Shown here: one piece after another, positions 35,130 through 48,000 of the stretch
Layout: every line of letters begins with the position of its first letter
Position numbering within the stretch: the first letter of the stretch is position 1
Assembly (NCBI GenBank): GCA_026770705.1
Contig: JANJGN010000052.1
Coordinates: 682,001 to 746,000, forward strand
From: Isurus oxyrinchus
Taxonomy: Eukaryota
Length of the DNA stretch: 64,000 nt
Reading direction: 5' to 3'
Program-made: the position numbers and the translations under genes
The notes under the pieces: generated by a model
Seen by the model: only the letters and a program-made list of their open reading frames with translations
Told to the model about the DNA's origin: nothing
The model's database searches: none

Positions 35130-36200
35130 GAATAGGAACAGGAGGAGGCCATTCAGCCCCCTCGAACCTGCTACACAGGAACAAGAGAGCACCTGAAATA
35201 AAAACAGAAAATGCTGGAGAAACTGAGTCGGTCTGGCAGCATCTGTGCAGAGATAAACAGAATTAACATTTCGAGTCCGTATGACCCTTCTTCAGAGTCT
35301 ATAAGCAAAAACTCTGTTTCTCTCTCCACAGCTGCTGCCAGACCTGCTGAGTTAATGCAGCATTTTCTGTTTTTATTGAAGATTTACAACATCTGCAGTA
35401 TTTATTTTTAATGAGAGGAGGACATTCAGCCCCGCGACCCTGTTACACAGGAACAGGAGGAGGCCATTCACCCTCCTCGAGCCTGTTACACAGGAACAGG
35501 AGGAGGCCATTCAGCCCCTCGAGCCTATTACACAGGAACAGGAGGAGGCCATTCAGCCCCTCAAGCCTGTTATACAGGAACAGGAGGAGGCCCATTCAGC
35601 CCATCGAGCCTGTTACACAGCAACAGGAGGAAGCCCATTCAGCCCCTCGAGCCTGTTACACAGCAACAGGAGGAGGCCCATTCAGCCCCTCGAGACTGTT
35701 ACACAGTAACAGGAGGAGGCCCATTTATAACTTCAAGCCTCTAACACCAGAACGGAATGAGGTCATTTCAGCCCCATGAGCTTGATGAACAGGAACAGGA
35801 GGAGGTCCATTAAGCCCCTCAAGTCAGTTACATAGGAACAGGAGAAGTCTCATTCAGCCACACGAGCATCTTATATAAGAACATGAGGGGGCCCAAACAG
35901 CCCCTCAAGCCTCTTACACAAGAAACGGAGGAGGAGGTTCATTCAGTCCCTCGAGGCAGTTTTACAGGAACAGGAGGAGGCCCATTCAGCCCCTCAAGCC
36001 TGCTACACAGGAACAGGAGGAGGCCCATTCAGCCACACAAGCCTCTTACACAGGAACAGGAGGAGGCCCGTTCAACCACCTCGAGCCTGTTACACAGGAA
36101 CAGGAGAAGGTCCATTCAGCCCCTCAAGCCTGTTACACAGGAACAGGAGGAGGCCCGTTCAACCACCTCGAGCTTGTTGCATGTGAACAGTCGATGGCCC
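35130..36200. repeat. ~43-bp minisatellite resembling the antisense CR1 3' end, interrupted by a Penelope-derived element (~35195-35410, minus)
   Basis: Unit ACAGGAACAGGAGGAGGCCCATTCAGCCCCTCGAGCCTGTTAC; compare 48860-48898. Confidence 0.85.
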
Positions 36201-36283
36201 TTCAGCCACATTCTTGGCACGCAAAGGGTTAACAGTTTTCTAACTGTGTGAGGCAAAGAGTTGCTTTCTAACTTGGTACTAAC

Positions 36284-36424
36284 CACTTCCTCATTTTGTC
36301 TCACAGTGACACATCAACCCTTTCTAATTAAACACAAATAGGGAGCAGCACAGGAAGAGGTCATTCAGCCCAAGCAGAGCGTGTGGGCAGTTCCTCCCCA
36401 GGCGAGCAGTCGGACAGGTCCTGG
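36284..36424 (+). promoter_or_regulatory. Promoter/exon 1 copy C
   Basis: CACTTCCTCATTTT ETS site and conserved exon ending GG|GTAAGT. Confidence 0.65.
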
Positions 36425-36867
36425 GTAAGTAACGGAACGATTGGAATTCACTTCCACCACCAACACCGTCCTTTGTTGATGTTGTGACTTTATAAAGACA
36501 GATTCCAATGATTGATGCCTTTGAAAGATTTCTACTGATTATTGAGATCTGGGTGTGAGGCTCAAGTCTGTTGTACAGAACATCTTTCTAGCTCAAGGGA
36601 TGAGGGAAGTGCAGGGACATGAGCTTTGGGGTGTCCTGAGCAGGTAAAAGGTGATATAGAAATGCAAGTCCTTCATTGTTTTACTTTCTTAAAGCCTTAT
36701 AACTCTCTGCAGAGCAACTATCATCCCACAGAGAATGAAATTAGTCTGTGAAGACATTGTCTAAAAGCAGTTCCGATCTCTCGAGAGGTGTCGGACAAGA
36801 GGTGAGGTCTCGTTAACTCATTTCTCTTTCACAGCTTGAGAACCAATGAAATACCTGGGAGTGTACA

Positions 36868-36907
36868 ATGATCAGGAAATATTACTTCCTCCTGTCACTT
36901 CTCCAAG
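36868..36907 (+). CDS. Unit C leader exon (MIRKYYFLLSLLQ), no dedicated V exon
   Basis: Acceptor at 36834, phase-1 donor; intron homology to gene A ends at ~38020 and the next promoter follows. Confidence 0.65.
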
Positions 36908-37691
36908 GTAATATCATTGTCAGCTCGGATAGATTTATGGCTAATCACCTTTGTAAAACATAATTCTTATTGAGCTCTGATTGGGAACAGATTCAGCAGT
37001 GAGCCAGTGTACAATCTCACACCAAGTCCCATTCACCCATCACCCCTGTGCTCACTGATATACACTGACTCCCTGTCTGACAGCAGAATTGGAGGAGAGC
37101 AGAGGACTTTGAGGTTTGCATGGTTGGAGGAGAAAGTGATTGGAGAAGAGGAATGGAGGGAATGGAAATTGAGGATGAGAGTCTTAAACTCGAGGCTCTG
37201 CTGGACTGGGAGCCAGTGCAGGTCAGCGAGTGGCAGAGGGTGTGAGGTGTTGAGTCGAGAAACAGTGATAAATACTGGGGGATGAAGTCTATCCTGATGC
37301 TTGGACTCTGATAGCAAAGGAATGAAATTTGTGTCTTTTCCTGATTTTAATCAGAATTTCCCATGAAGACAACACAGCAGCTCCTAGAATAGACAGGCTG
37401 TTCAGTGTCACACTTCCTGTCCATTCTCACCTTGCTAGATACTTCAATAAGGGAGCAAGATAACTGAAAGAGAGAAGGAAGGTAAAGCTGTCCGTGTGTA
37501 AATGGGTCAATATTCAGTTTGTATATTTGTCTTTCTCTCGACACATGCAGAGCTCAGGCTAGAGGCACTTTGTTAGTGTGTTTCACAGTGTCTGCTGGAG
37601 TAGGGTCAGTGCTGAGCTTGGGGACAAGTCAGTCTACAATGCTGCATCGGAATCAACAATACAACAATATGGGGTTTGGATCAGAAATAAT

Positions 37692-37875
37692 CCCTTAGAC
37701 AATGAGGATCCAAAGAGATTCCATAGACAATGAGGATCCAAAGAGATTCCTTAGTCAATGAGGATCCAAAAAGATTCCTTAGACAATGAGGATCCAAAGA
37801 GATTCCTCAGACAATGAGGATCCAAAGAGATTCCTTAGACAATGAGGATCCAAAGAGATTCCTTAGACAATGAAC
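37692..37875. repeat. 28-bp VNTR (~6.5 units; ~3 units in the paralog at 2875-2962)
   Basis: CCTTAGACAATGAGGATCCAAAGAGATT repeated. Confidence 0.9.
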
Positions 37876-38467
37876 ATACAAAGTGCACCAATCAGATTGA
37901 ATCAGATTAACCAATCAGCTGTGTTGAAGAGCAGACAGGAATGTTAGGCTAATTAGTGATTCATGACGGTGATAATGGGGGGAGTTCTGAGGGCTCCTAA
38001 TCCATTGTCCTGTCTTGTAAATCAGCACCTTAATACTGACCCTCCAACAGTGCAGCACTCCCTCAGTACTGATCCTCCAACATTGCAGCACTCCCTGATT
38101 AATGTCCCTCTGACAGTGCAGCAATCCCTCAGTACTGACCCTCAAACAGTGGAGATCTCCCTCAGTACTGACCTTACAATAGTGAAACACTCGCTCAGTA
38201 ATGACCATCCAACAGTGTAGCACTTGCTCAGTACTGACACTGGGGAGTTTCAGTCTACTGTGTGGGGCAGACGTCCCCTGAATCGGGTCTTGAACCCCAC
38301 AATGTTCTGACCCCCTGAATTTGGCTGTGAAACCCACTGACCCAAAGGAGAAACTCCTGGTCAATGACTGTCCACCTGTGAGCAGAAATATCACCACAGG
38401 GTCAGGACACAAACGGTTAACAGTTTACCAGCATCTCAAAACAGGAGCTGCTCTGTCACTTTGATCC

Positions 38468-38608
38468 AACTTCCTCATTTTGTCTCACAGTGACACATCC
38501 ACCCTTTCTAATTAAACACACAGAGGGAGCAGCACAGGAAGAGGTCATTCAGCCCAAGCAGAGCGTGTGGGCAGTTCCTCCCCAGGCGAGCAGTCGGACA
38601 GGTCCTGG
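38468..38608 (+). promoter_or_regulatory. Promoter/exon 1 of gene D
   Basis: AACTTCCTCATTTT and conserved exon ending GG|GTAAGT. Confidence 0.65.
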
Positions 38609-39058
38609 GTAAGTAACGGAACGATTGGAATTCACTTCCACCACCAACACCATCCTTTGTTGATGTTGTGACTTTATAAAGACAGATTCCAATGATTGAT
38701 GCCTTTGAAAGATTTCTACTGATTATTAAGATCAGGGTGTGAGGCTCAGGTCTGTTGTACAGAACATCTTTCTAGCTCAAAGGATGAGGGAAGAGCAGGG
38801 ACATGAGCTTTGGGACATCCTGAGGTGGTGAAAGGTGCTATAGAAATGCAAGTCCTTCACTGATTTATTTTTTTACAGCTTTTTAACTCTCTGCAGAGCA
38901 CCTATCATCCCACAGAGAACCAAATTAGTCTGTGAAGACATTGTCTAAAAGCAGTTCTGATCTCTTGAGAGCTGTCGGACAAGAGGTGAGGTCTCATTAA
39001 CTCCTTTCTCTTTCACAGTTTAAGAGTCAGAAGCTAAAGGCATATCTGGGAGTGGACA

Positions 39059-42000
39059 ATGGTTGGGAAATCTTACTTCCTCCTGTCACTTCTCCAAGGT
39101 AATAACATCGTCAGCTTGGACAGACTTATGGCTAATAGTCTTTGTAAAAGAACATTCTTATGGAGCTCTGATAGGGAACTGATTCAGCAGTGAGTCAGTG
39201 TACAAACTCACACCACGTCCCATTCACCCATCACCCCTGTGCTCACTGATATACATTGACTCCCTGTCTGACAGCAGAACTGCAGGACAGCAGAGACCTC
39301 AAAGGGTTTCAGGGCTGGAGGAGGTGACAGTGATAGGGATTAGAGATGGAGAATGGAGGGATAAGGAATCAATGAAGAGATTTTGAAAATTGAGGCATTG
39401 CTGGACTGGGAGCCAGTGTAGGTCAGTGAGTGACAGGGGAGCGATCGGCTGAATAGAGAAGCAGGGATAAAAACTGGGGGATGAAGTCTATCCTGATGCA
39501 AGCACTCCGATATCAATGCCCTGAAATTTTTCTCTCTTGCTGATTTTCATCAGAATTTCCCATGAAGACAACACAGAAGCTCTTAGATTAGACAGGCAGT
39601 TCAGCGTCACACTTCCTGTCCATTCTCACCATGCTAGAAAATTCGATAAGATAGCAAGATAACTGATAGAGAGAAGGGAGGCAAAGCTGTCTGTATGTAA
39701 AACTGTCAAATATTCTGAGTTATCATGATTGTTTCTGATCTGCTGCAGAGTTTATATTTCATTGAAACTTATCACTTTGCAGCTCAGAGAGAGACCATTG
39801 ACTCACTGCCTGAAAGGGCGGTGGAAGCAGATTCAACAGGAACTTTCAGAAGGGGAACTGGATAAATACTTGAAGGGGACATTTTGCAGGGCTGTGGGGG
39901 AGAGAGCAGAGGTGAGAGTGGGACTAATTGGACAGATCTTTCAAAGGCCCAGCACAGGCTCGATGGGCCAAATGGCTTCCTTCAGTTCCGGATCATTCCA
40001 CAATCCGATAAATTAAATCTCTTATCAGTAACACTTCAGGCTCCCGCTGCAGGAATGGATCTTTGAGAAGGACAGGGAACAAGCGGTTTCTCATATCATG
40101 TTCATATTTATTGACAATTACATAAGTGCATGGAACTGTTGAATATTTGACTCTCTAAAGTGTGGATTTAACCTTCTGGTCCACCCAGATCTTGTGCTGG
40201 TTACCTTGTCTGGAGGTGTCTTTAACTGCTCACAGTGGTCTGTGGGATTGTCACCCTTGGATGTTGTTCCTGATTTCATGTGGGATCTTCTCCTCGATGG
40301 AATAGGAGCGGGAATGGATCTGATTTATCCTCGGTTCCGCCTCACCGCTGTGCCCTTGTGTGTTTGACTCCATAGGCCCTTGGTTCTGAACAAATCCTTG
40401 TCACCTCGGCTGGTGGTCATGAACCTTCTGTGGGATCCTGGATGTGAACTTGTCCCAACTCTAAACTTGGCAACTCTGCACCTCCATTTTTATCATGAAC
40501 ATTCCTTATCTTCTCTTGTAGTTTTAAAAGCTGCCCTCTGGTTTCTGAGAGAGTAGAATGGGTAAGAGTAGCGAAATTGGTCACTACTGGCACACCAAAC
40601 ATGATCTCTGTCAGTGATGGAATAAGGTGAGGTGATGGTGTAGTGGTATTGTTGCTGGATGAGTAATTCAGAGACCCAGGGTAATGTCCTGAGGATATGG
40701 GTTCAAATCCGGCCATAATAGATGATGGAATTTGAATTTAATAAAAATATGAAATTCAAAGTCTAGTGATGACCACAAAACCATTGTTGGAAATCCCACC
40801 TGGTTCACCAGTGCCCTGTAGGGAACAAAATTGTCTGGCCGACATGTGACTCCAGACTCCACGTCAATGTGGTTGACTCTTACATTAGGGATGGGTAATA
40901 AATCCTGGCCTCGCCAGTGACTCCCACATCCCATGAATGAATTTAACAAAGTTGCAGTTGTAGGTGTCGATCTCAGATGTAACATTGCAATGTGTGGATC
41001 TTGCTTGGCCTGTCTACATTTGAGAATTAGGGATTTCACTGTGTGCATCATTCATTCAGCGAGGCTGTTAGATCTGGGGTAATGAGGAGAAGAAGTAGTG
41101 TGATTGATATTCCAGATTATCTGTAATCATGTCCCTAGGTTCACCAAATAATCTGAAAATCGTGCTTAGAGTGTGTGCACCAGTTGTGCTCGGTGTGTTG
41201 TGCTATTTTTGAATAACGGGATATCTGGTAAAGCTGTCGACGATGACGATGAAGTCAGTGACATGGACATGAAAGGATTCAGATGTGATTTTGGACTAAG
41301 AATAGGCAGGAATTTCCTGTGGAATCAGTGGTTCTTTGTGTTGACTTGGCTCATCCTCTTGACAAGCCTCGAACTTCCCTACAACAACTTCAAGGTCATT
41401 GTTCATACCCGGCCAGGGACTGTATCTCTTGTGAGTCTCCTTGTCTGATCTGTGCCCATGTGTGAGGGATGAAGTTGTTGAAGAATATAGGATCACAAAT
41501 GTGCCGGTATGATGCCCTGCCTGCCATTAAAAAAGACTCCCTGGGAGATACCTCGCTTATCTCGATGAGGTCAAGTTGAATCAGGCCACCCTTTCAATGA
41601 TATTTCCACAGTTCCTGCCGAATTTTTCACTGTTCCCTCTTGTAGCTGCTGGCATTTCTCTTGTGCTAAATGTACTGGATCAATTGACAGACTTGCATTC
41701 TCCTGCAGGTGTAATGTTGCAGCTCCCTTGAAACTGACAATACTGTTGAAACTTTCTGCATATTTCAATGTTATGTCCATGAACTGAGTTGCTGGGGTAG
41801 TTTCTGAGTTTGACCCATGTGAGGTCTGACAGATTCCATGGATTGTCTCTAGGGTGAGGTCACCGCATGCCGGTAGACTTGCAATTGCTCAGCCTTTAGT
41901 CTCCACGATGTAGAACATCTGTGACACCCAGGAGGATTGATTGTACTTGCACCCCAGGACTATGGATTCTGCACATGGAGTTGGTGAAGTGTTGTACACA

Positions 42001-45000
42001 GCAGTAGGTTTTCCCATGGACTCCCATGTCCTTGGATACATGTCTTTGAAAATTTGCTGGGGTGGGCTGTGGGAGGGGAATGTTGGTACTTGCCCCTGTG
42101 TCAATCTTGGTCAATAAAGGGGAGGTTGCAACTTTCTCAGGGCAGAAAATTGGAATCTTGGCCAATAGTGCGGGTGATGTGACAGCATCTGTTCTCCGTG
42201 AGATTGATGGTGTAAAAGGTTTGAAATTGTTCAACAATTGTACAATACGTTGAGCACAAGTGCTGCACAAACTCTAGGCTGGGGTTTTCCGGCACAGTCA
42301 TGATGGGCCCTGCCGTGGGAGATTGGACAAACATTGGCTTTCGGCCGGACCGGACAATCCTGGCAGTGGGTGGGGCCAGAAAATCCCACCCCTATGGGAC
42401 ATTTTCAGTTTATTTGATGTGCCCAGAGAGATCTTTAAAGACAACAATCCACAATTTATTGGCAAGCCACGTCAGGATATGTGTGAGAGGTGGAATATCG
42501 ATCACCACTCCTCGTCTCACCGTGTACATCATCGCCATTTCCTGGTTTGTCAGTCACCACATGTATATGTTCCTGATGGGATAGTGGATGGTCATTCTTA
42601 TTGCTTGAAGGTTCCCCGTTGTGTAGGGTCTGTTTGGATCAGCGCACGGCTCTTTGTAGCTGCATGAGCCTTTGCTCTAGTGCCCTGCCGCTGTCAATGG
42701 CCCTTTCTGCCACAAGCCTTGCAGGATTGGTGGAAAGCTGGGCATTTCCTTGGTGCCTGCAGAAGGCCACACCTTCCACACTTCTCACTAGGTTTGGATG
42801 TTCTAGTGAGTGTGTCAACAATTGATGTTGTACTGAGGACCTGTAATCTTCGTTGACCTGCGAGGATCACTTCGTATTTATGTCCATCCTTGAGTAGCTC
42901 TTCAATGCTATAGGCTTTGGTCGTATCTAGCAGTTCTCACCATGAGGGATCCGTCTGCTCCCCAGCTCTTTACTTGAGCTCTTTCCCATCACTGTGTCTT
43001 CAAAGGTTTCCTGAGCAGTCAGTACACTGTGATTTCAACCCTCTCTGATGCTGTGTCTCTGTTGTGGTCTGACCAAAGCGTCGAAGCATGACTCATGTCA
43101 TCTAGCTCGATCTAAGGTTGTTCACCACGTCATACCTGTACTGAATCTTGCTGCCTGAATGTTTGGCCACCGCTGATCACCATGTTGTGTTTTTATAATG
43201 ATATAAAGGCACCAGCCACTGATACGGAATTGGGTAAATACATTGTGGGTTCAGTTATTTAGAATAGGGACATGAGAACAGATATACAAGGATAGAAAGC
43301 TGGGAGACACCTGCAGCCAAAGTGTGTGAGCTGTGTTCTGCTCACAGGCCAAAGTGAAACTTGGACTGGATGGTGTTATCATCCCAGCTGATGTTGCTAC
43401 TGGGCAAGTCAGATCCCAGGGTGGAACTCAGCTTGATAGGTCCTAACTTTTATTTTTTATTTAGGAATGTGGAGTGCGGCTACTGAACAGAGTCACAGGA
43501 GTCATCTGATGACCTTCTAACTAAAGAATAAAACATTTATTAAACTAGGAAAGACAAACTATATGACATTTCTCCTTCACCCAGACCTATACATTTACAG
43601 ATATATACAGATTCATAAAGATCACGCAAGTTACAATAGCTATCTTATACTCTCATGTTCACACTAAGTACACAGTCCATGTAAACCAATAGACGACCTG
43701 TGGTCAGGGACACCACATTCTAAAATCAAGTGACAGAACCCACTTGAAACAAATGCTATGTCTCCCTCCTCATCTGACCCCAGACGCTTGTTACACTGTG
43801 AGCCAACCAGTCTCACTGAACTGAGATATCCATATGAGGGTTTCCAATCTCAAAGAGAGCCAAGTGCTCTCTTTGGAATCTTCTCCAACATGACACTTTC
43901 ACTCAGACACCTTCCACAAGGGTCCACTTTCACTATTTCAAACTCTCCTTCCCATGTTCCTGCCCCCTGGATCGCCACGTGCATTCAGCCTTCCTTCCAC
44001 GCCCTGTCTCTCCAATGCTCAGCCGTGTCAATGGAACACCATGGCTTCACATGGCCGTAGTAATGAGTCACCAACCTGTGGTGTCTCCTAGGATCTTCTG
44101 GCTTCTCACAAGCCTATTTTGCTTTAGGCCTGTGTCCTGCTGCTTTCTCCCTTTAAGCTTGAAGCCTTCTTCTGCTCCTCACTCTTAACTTCACTTAACA
44201 GGGCCTTTTCCAGATTTGACTAGAAGGTTTTCTTGGGCCCTTTCTCCTGTCAAACTCGATGGTTTTGGCTTCTTCTTTACTTTGGGACTGACTATCTGTC
44301 CCGCTCCTTTGCTGCTTCTCCTGGCAACTCCTTTCAACAGAACTGAAAGTACTTTTCTGTTTTTCTCGGTCTCTGTGGGTCCTTCCCTCTGGATCACTGT
44401 TGCCAGGCAACAGCACAGTTTCTTACACCTTGTATTTGTTTTGACTTCCTGCAAGAGTCTTAAAACCTCAAAGGAATGCTGGCTTATTTTTAGCTCAAGC
44501 TCCCCCTTTTCTCAACACCCAAATACAGAAATACAAATTAAAATTAAACATAAATATATACCTTAAAGATACACCTTATGCCTAACACACAGAAATACAC
44601 ATAGAACTTACTTAAGCCAACCCCAGTTCCTAAAAATCACATGACACACTTCCCCTCGAGTGATGTCATGCTGCTGTCCCTGAAAGGCATATTATAACAG
44701 TGTTATCACTTGGCAGGTGATGTGTGCCAGGCAGACCAAGTCCCTGAGAGAAACCTGGTCACACTATCATAATGATTTTGCAATTTGTATTTATTTTGAG
44801 ATGTGTGCACTGAATTCAGAAGCAATGACTCCACCAAACTTTCAGAGATTTAAAACAATAAATTAAAATATTTGTCATCAAAATGAAAGATTTCAAGCAC
44901 ATACATAAGACTACAATGACTGCTATAATAACTCCTAAAATTCCTAATTAACCTGACTCCCAGTTACACTCCATTTAAGGCAACAGACCAAAATTATATG

Positions 45001-48000
45001 TTAGATTTAAAACAAATTCAACAAGTTAACACAATGCCCTGGACAGTGGAATTCCAAATGGATTTTCCCCAACTTCAGTTCTGTTGGATAGCAGGCTTGT
45101 GCACAAACAGGGTCCTGAGGACCATGAGCCAATGTAGAATGAACTTGTCCACTCCTGTGTCCAGGATTCTCTTCCATCCGTTATGAAACATTGGGGAGTT
45201 CCATGTGTGTCCTGTAGATGGTCCACACTGCAGCCACTGTGCCCCAGTGATGGAGGGGGTGGATATCGAGTCTAGTGGATCTACAAACCATCCAGAGTTA
45301 AATATTGATATTTCTCTCCCCAGTTGGACTGTCACAAGAGTGGAAAGGTGACACTCCACGAGAGGTGACAGCACAGAAAGGTTCGTGTGTACAGATTCCA
45401 TGTAATTACAATTACCCATCACATTTGTTGGAGAAAACACGTGTTGGAATCTGGAAAATGAGAAGGGACAAATGGCATACATCGTCTATAGCCTTTCACT
45501 CCAAGGATCACAGTCACGAGTTACCACGGTTCCACCATCGGACCCGGCTGTCTGGAGACCTGAAAGATGGTGACTGTTCCCTGATTATAAACAACATCAG
45601 ACGGGAAGATGCAGGACCTTATTTTTTCACGATAAAATTTGGCAATGGTCCGAGCCATAACTATTACCCTGTAACCCAGCTTCACGTTTCTGGTAAGTGC
45701 TGTGTTATAATTACTCAACAATTCACATTCAACACTCAATGGGAAATAATAGTGTTTGATTTGCTTGTTTTTTGGCCGTGTTAACCAGCGTCACTATTTT
45801 TAATGATTTGTCTATTTCTGCTCCCAGATCCATGAGCTTATTGTGTGTGATTGAATCCACATCATAGCTGTAACGTAAACCGAGCTGAGGGGTGATGACA
45901 CCTCCCCGCTGAGTGAAGTATCTCCTCCCCACTACACCTTCCACCCCTCACACTGTCCGTGTAAACCCCTGTCCCATCTCCAGCCTCTCTTTCCCCTCCA
46001 AAGTCCTTGAACGTGTTTCCATCTCCCGAATCCGTTCCCATCTTTCCCGGAACTCCATGTTTGAATCCCTCCAATCAGGTTCCCACCCCAGCCACTGTGC
46101 TGAAACAGCTCTTATCAAGGTCACAAATGGCATCCTGTGTGACTGTGACAAAGGTCAACTTTCCCTCCTCGTCCTTCTCGATCTGTCTGCAGCCTTTGAC
46201 CCGCTCGACCACACCATCCTCCTCCAACCCCTCTCCACTGTCGTCCAGCTGGGTGGGACTGCTCTCCCCTGGCTCCATTCTTATCCATCTCATCGTAGCC
46301 AGAGAATCACTTGCAATGGCTTTGCAGCATCATCTGAACAGTATTAGTTTTCACCTGTCCACTGAGGATCCCCAGCTCTACCTCACCACCACCTCTCTCG
46401 ACTCCTCCACTGCTGCTAAATTATCAGGCTGCTTATCCGACATCCAGTACTGGATGGGCAGAAATTCCCTCCAATTAAATATTGGAAAGACTGAAGCCAT
46501 TGTCTTCATTCCCCACTCCAAACTCTGTTCCCTCGCTACCAACTCCATTCCTCTCCCTGGCAGCTCTCTGAGATTGAAGCCAATCTGTTCACAGCTTTGT
46601 TGTCCCATTTGATCCTGAGATGAGCTTCCGGCCTCATATCTGCGCCCTCACTAACACCGTCTATTTCCACCTCCGTAACATCGTACGACTTCACCCTGTC
46701 TCAGCTCATCTGCTGCTGAAACCCTCATCCACGCCTTCATTACCTCCAGACTCGACTGTTCCAACACACGGTCTACACTCCATAAACTTGAGGCCATCCA
46801 AAACTGCTGACCACGTCCTTACTCACACCAAGTCCCATTCCCTTATCACCCGCTCTGCTCGATGACCGAGACTGGCTCCTGGTCAAGCAAAGTCTCAATG
46901 TCCAAATTTTCATCTTTGTTTCCTCACTATCTCTGTAATCTCCTCCTCCTCCTCCGCCAGCCCCTACAACCCTCCCTATCTCTGTAACTTCTTTCAGTGA
47001 CCAGAAACCACCCCTATCTCAGAACCTTCCTCCAGCTCCAACAACCCTCCCTTTCTCTGCACCATTCTCCAGCCACTCCAACAAACCCTATCTCTAAACC
47101 CCCTTCCAGTCCCTACAGCAATCTCTATCTATGTATCCTCCTCCAGTCCCTACAACCCTCCCTATCTCTATAAACTCCAGTCCCTACAGCCCTCCCTATC
47201 TCTATAATCTCCTCCAGTACCTACATCCCTCCCTATTTCTATAACCTCCTCCAATCCCTACAGACCTCCCTATGTCTATAACCTCCCCCAGTCCTTACAG
47301 CCCTCCCTATCTCTATAACCTCCTACAGTTCCTACAGCCCTCCCTATCTCTATAACCTCCCCCAGTCCTTATAGCACTCTTTCTCACTGTAACCTCCTCC
47401 AATCCCTACAGCCCTCCCTATCTCGATAACCTCCTCCAGTCCCTACATCCCTCCCTATCTTGATAACCTCCTCCAGTACCTACAGCATTCTCTATCTCTG
47501 TAACTTCCTCCAGCCACAACAAACGTCCCTATATCTGTAACCCAATCCTGTACCTACAAACCCCCTATCTCCATAACATTTCCCATTCCCGTCCACCCTC
47601 CCTATCTCTGTTACTATCTTTTGCCCCTAAAGCCTCCCTTTCACTGTAAATTTCTCCAGTCCCTCCAAACCCCCTGTCTCTGTAACCTACTCAGGCCCCT
47701 AAAGCCTCCCTTATCCTTTAACGTCCAACAGTCCCTACAATCCCCTTTTCGCTCAAAGCTCCTCAAGACCCAACAACGTTCCCTAACTCTGTAACCCCAG
47801 CCTGCCCCAACAACCCTTCCTTTCACTGTAAGTTCCACCAGCCCCTCCAACCTTCCCTATATCTGTAACCCCATCCTGCCCCTACAACCCTCCCTGGCTC
47901 TGTAAACTCCTACAGCCCCTCCAATCTTTCCTACCTCTGTAGCCTCACTACAGCCTCTGTACAAAGTACAGCCCCTACAACCCCCCGAGATCACTGCACT

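Noticed and set aside
36302-36340. RSS-like CACAGTG-23 bp-ACACAAATA at promoter C (weaker in D, E), hinting at V(D)J-type rearrangement
   Set aside because: Nonamer 6/9 or worse, heptamer broken in A and B, and no RSS seen flanking V exons, which are complete with normal donors
35410-37875. Regular repeats resembling a CRISPR array
   Set aside because: Head-to-tail tandem repeats without unique spacers, in eukaryotic context
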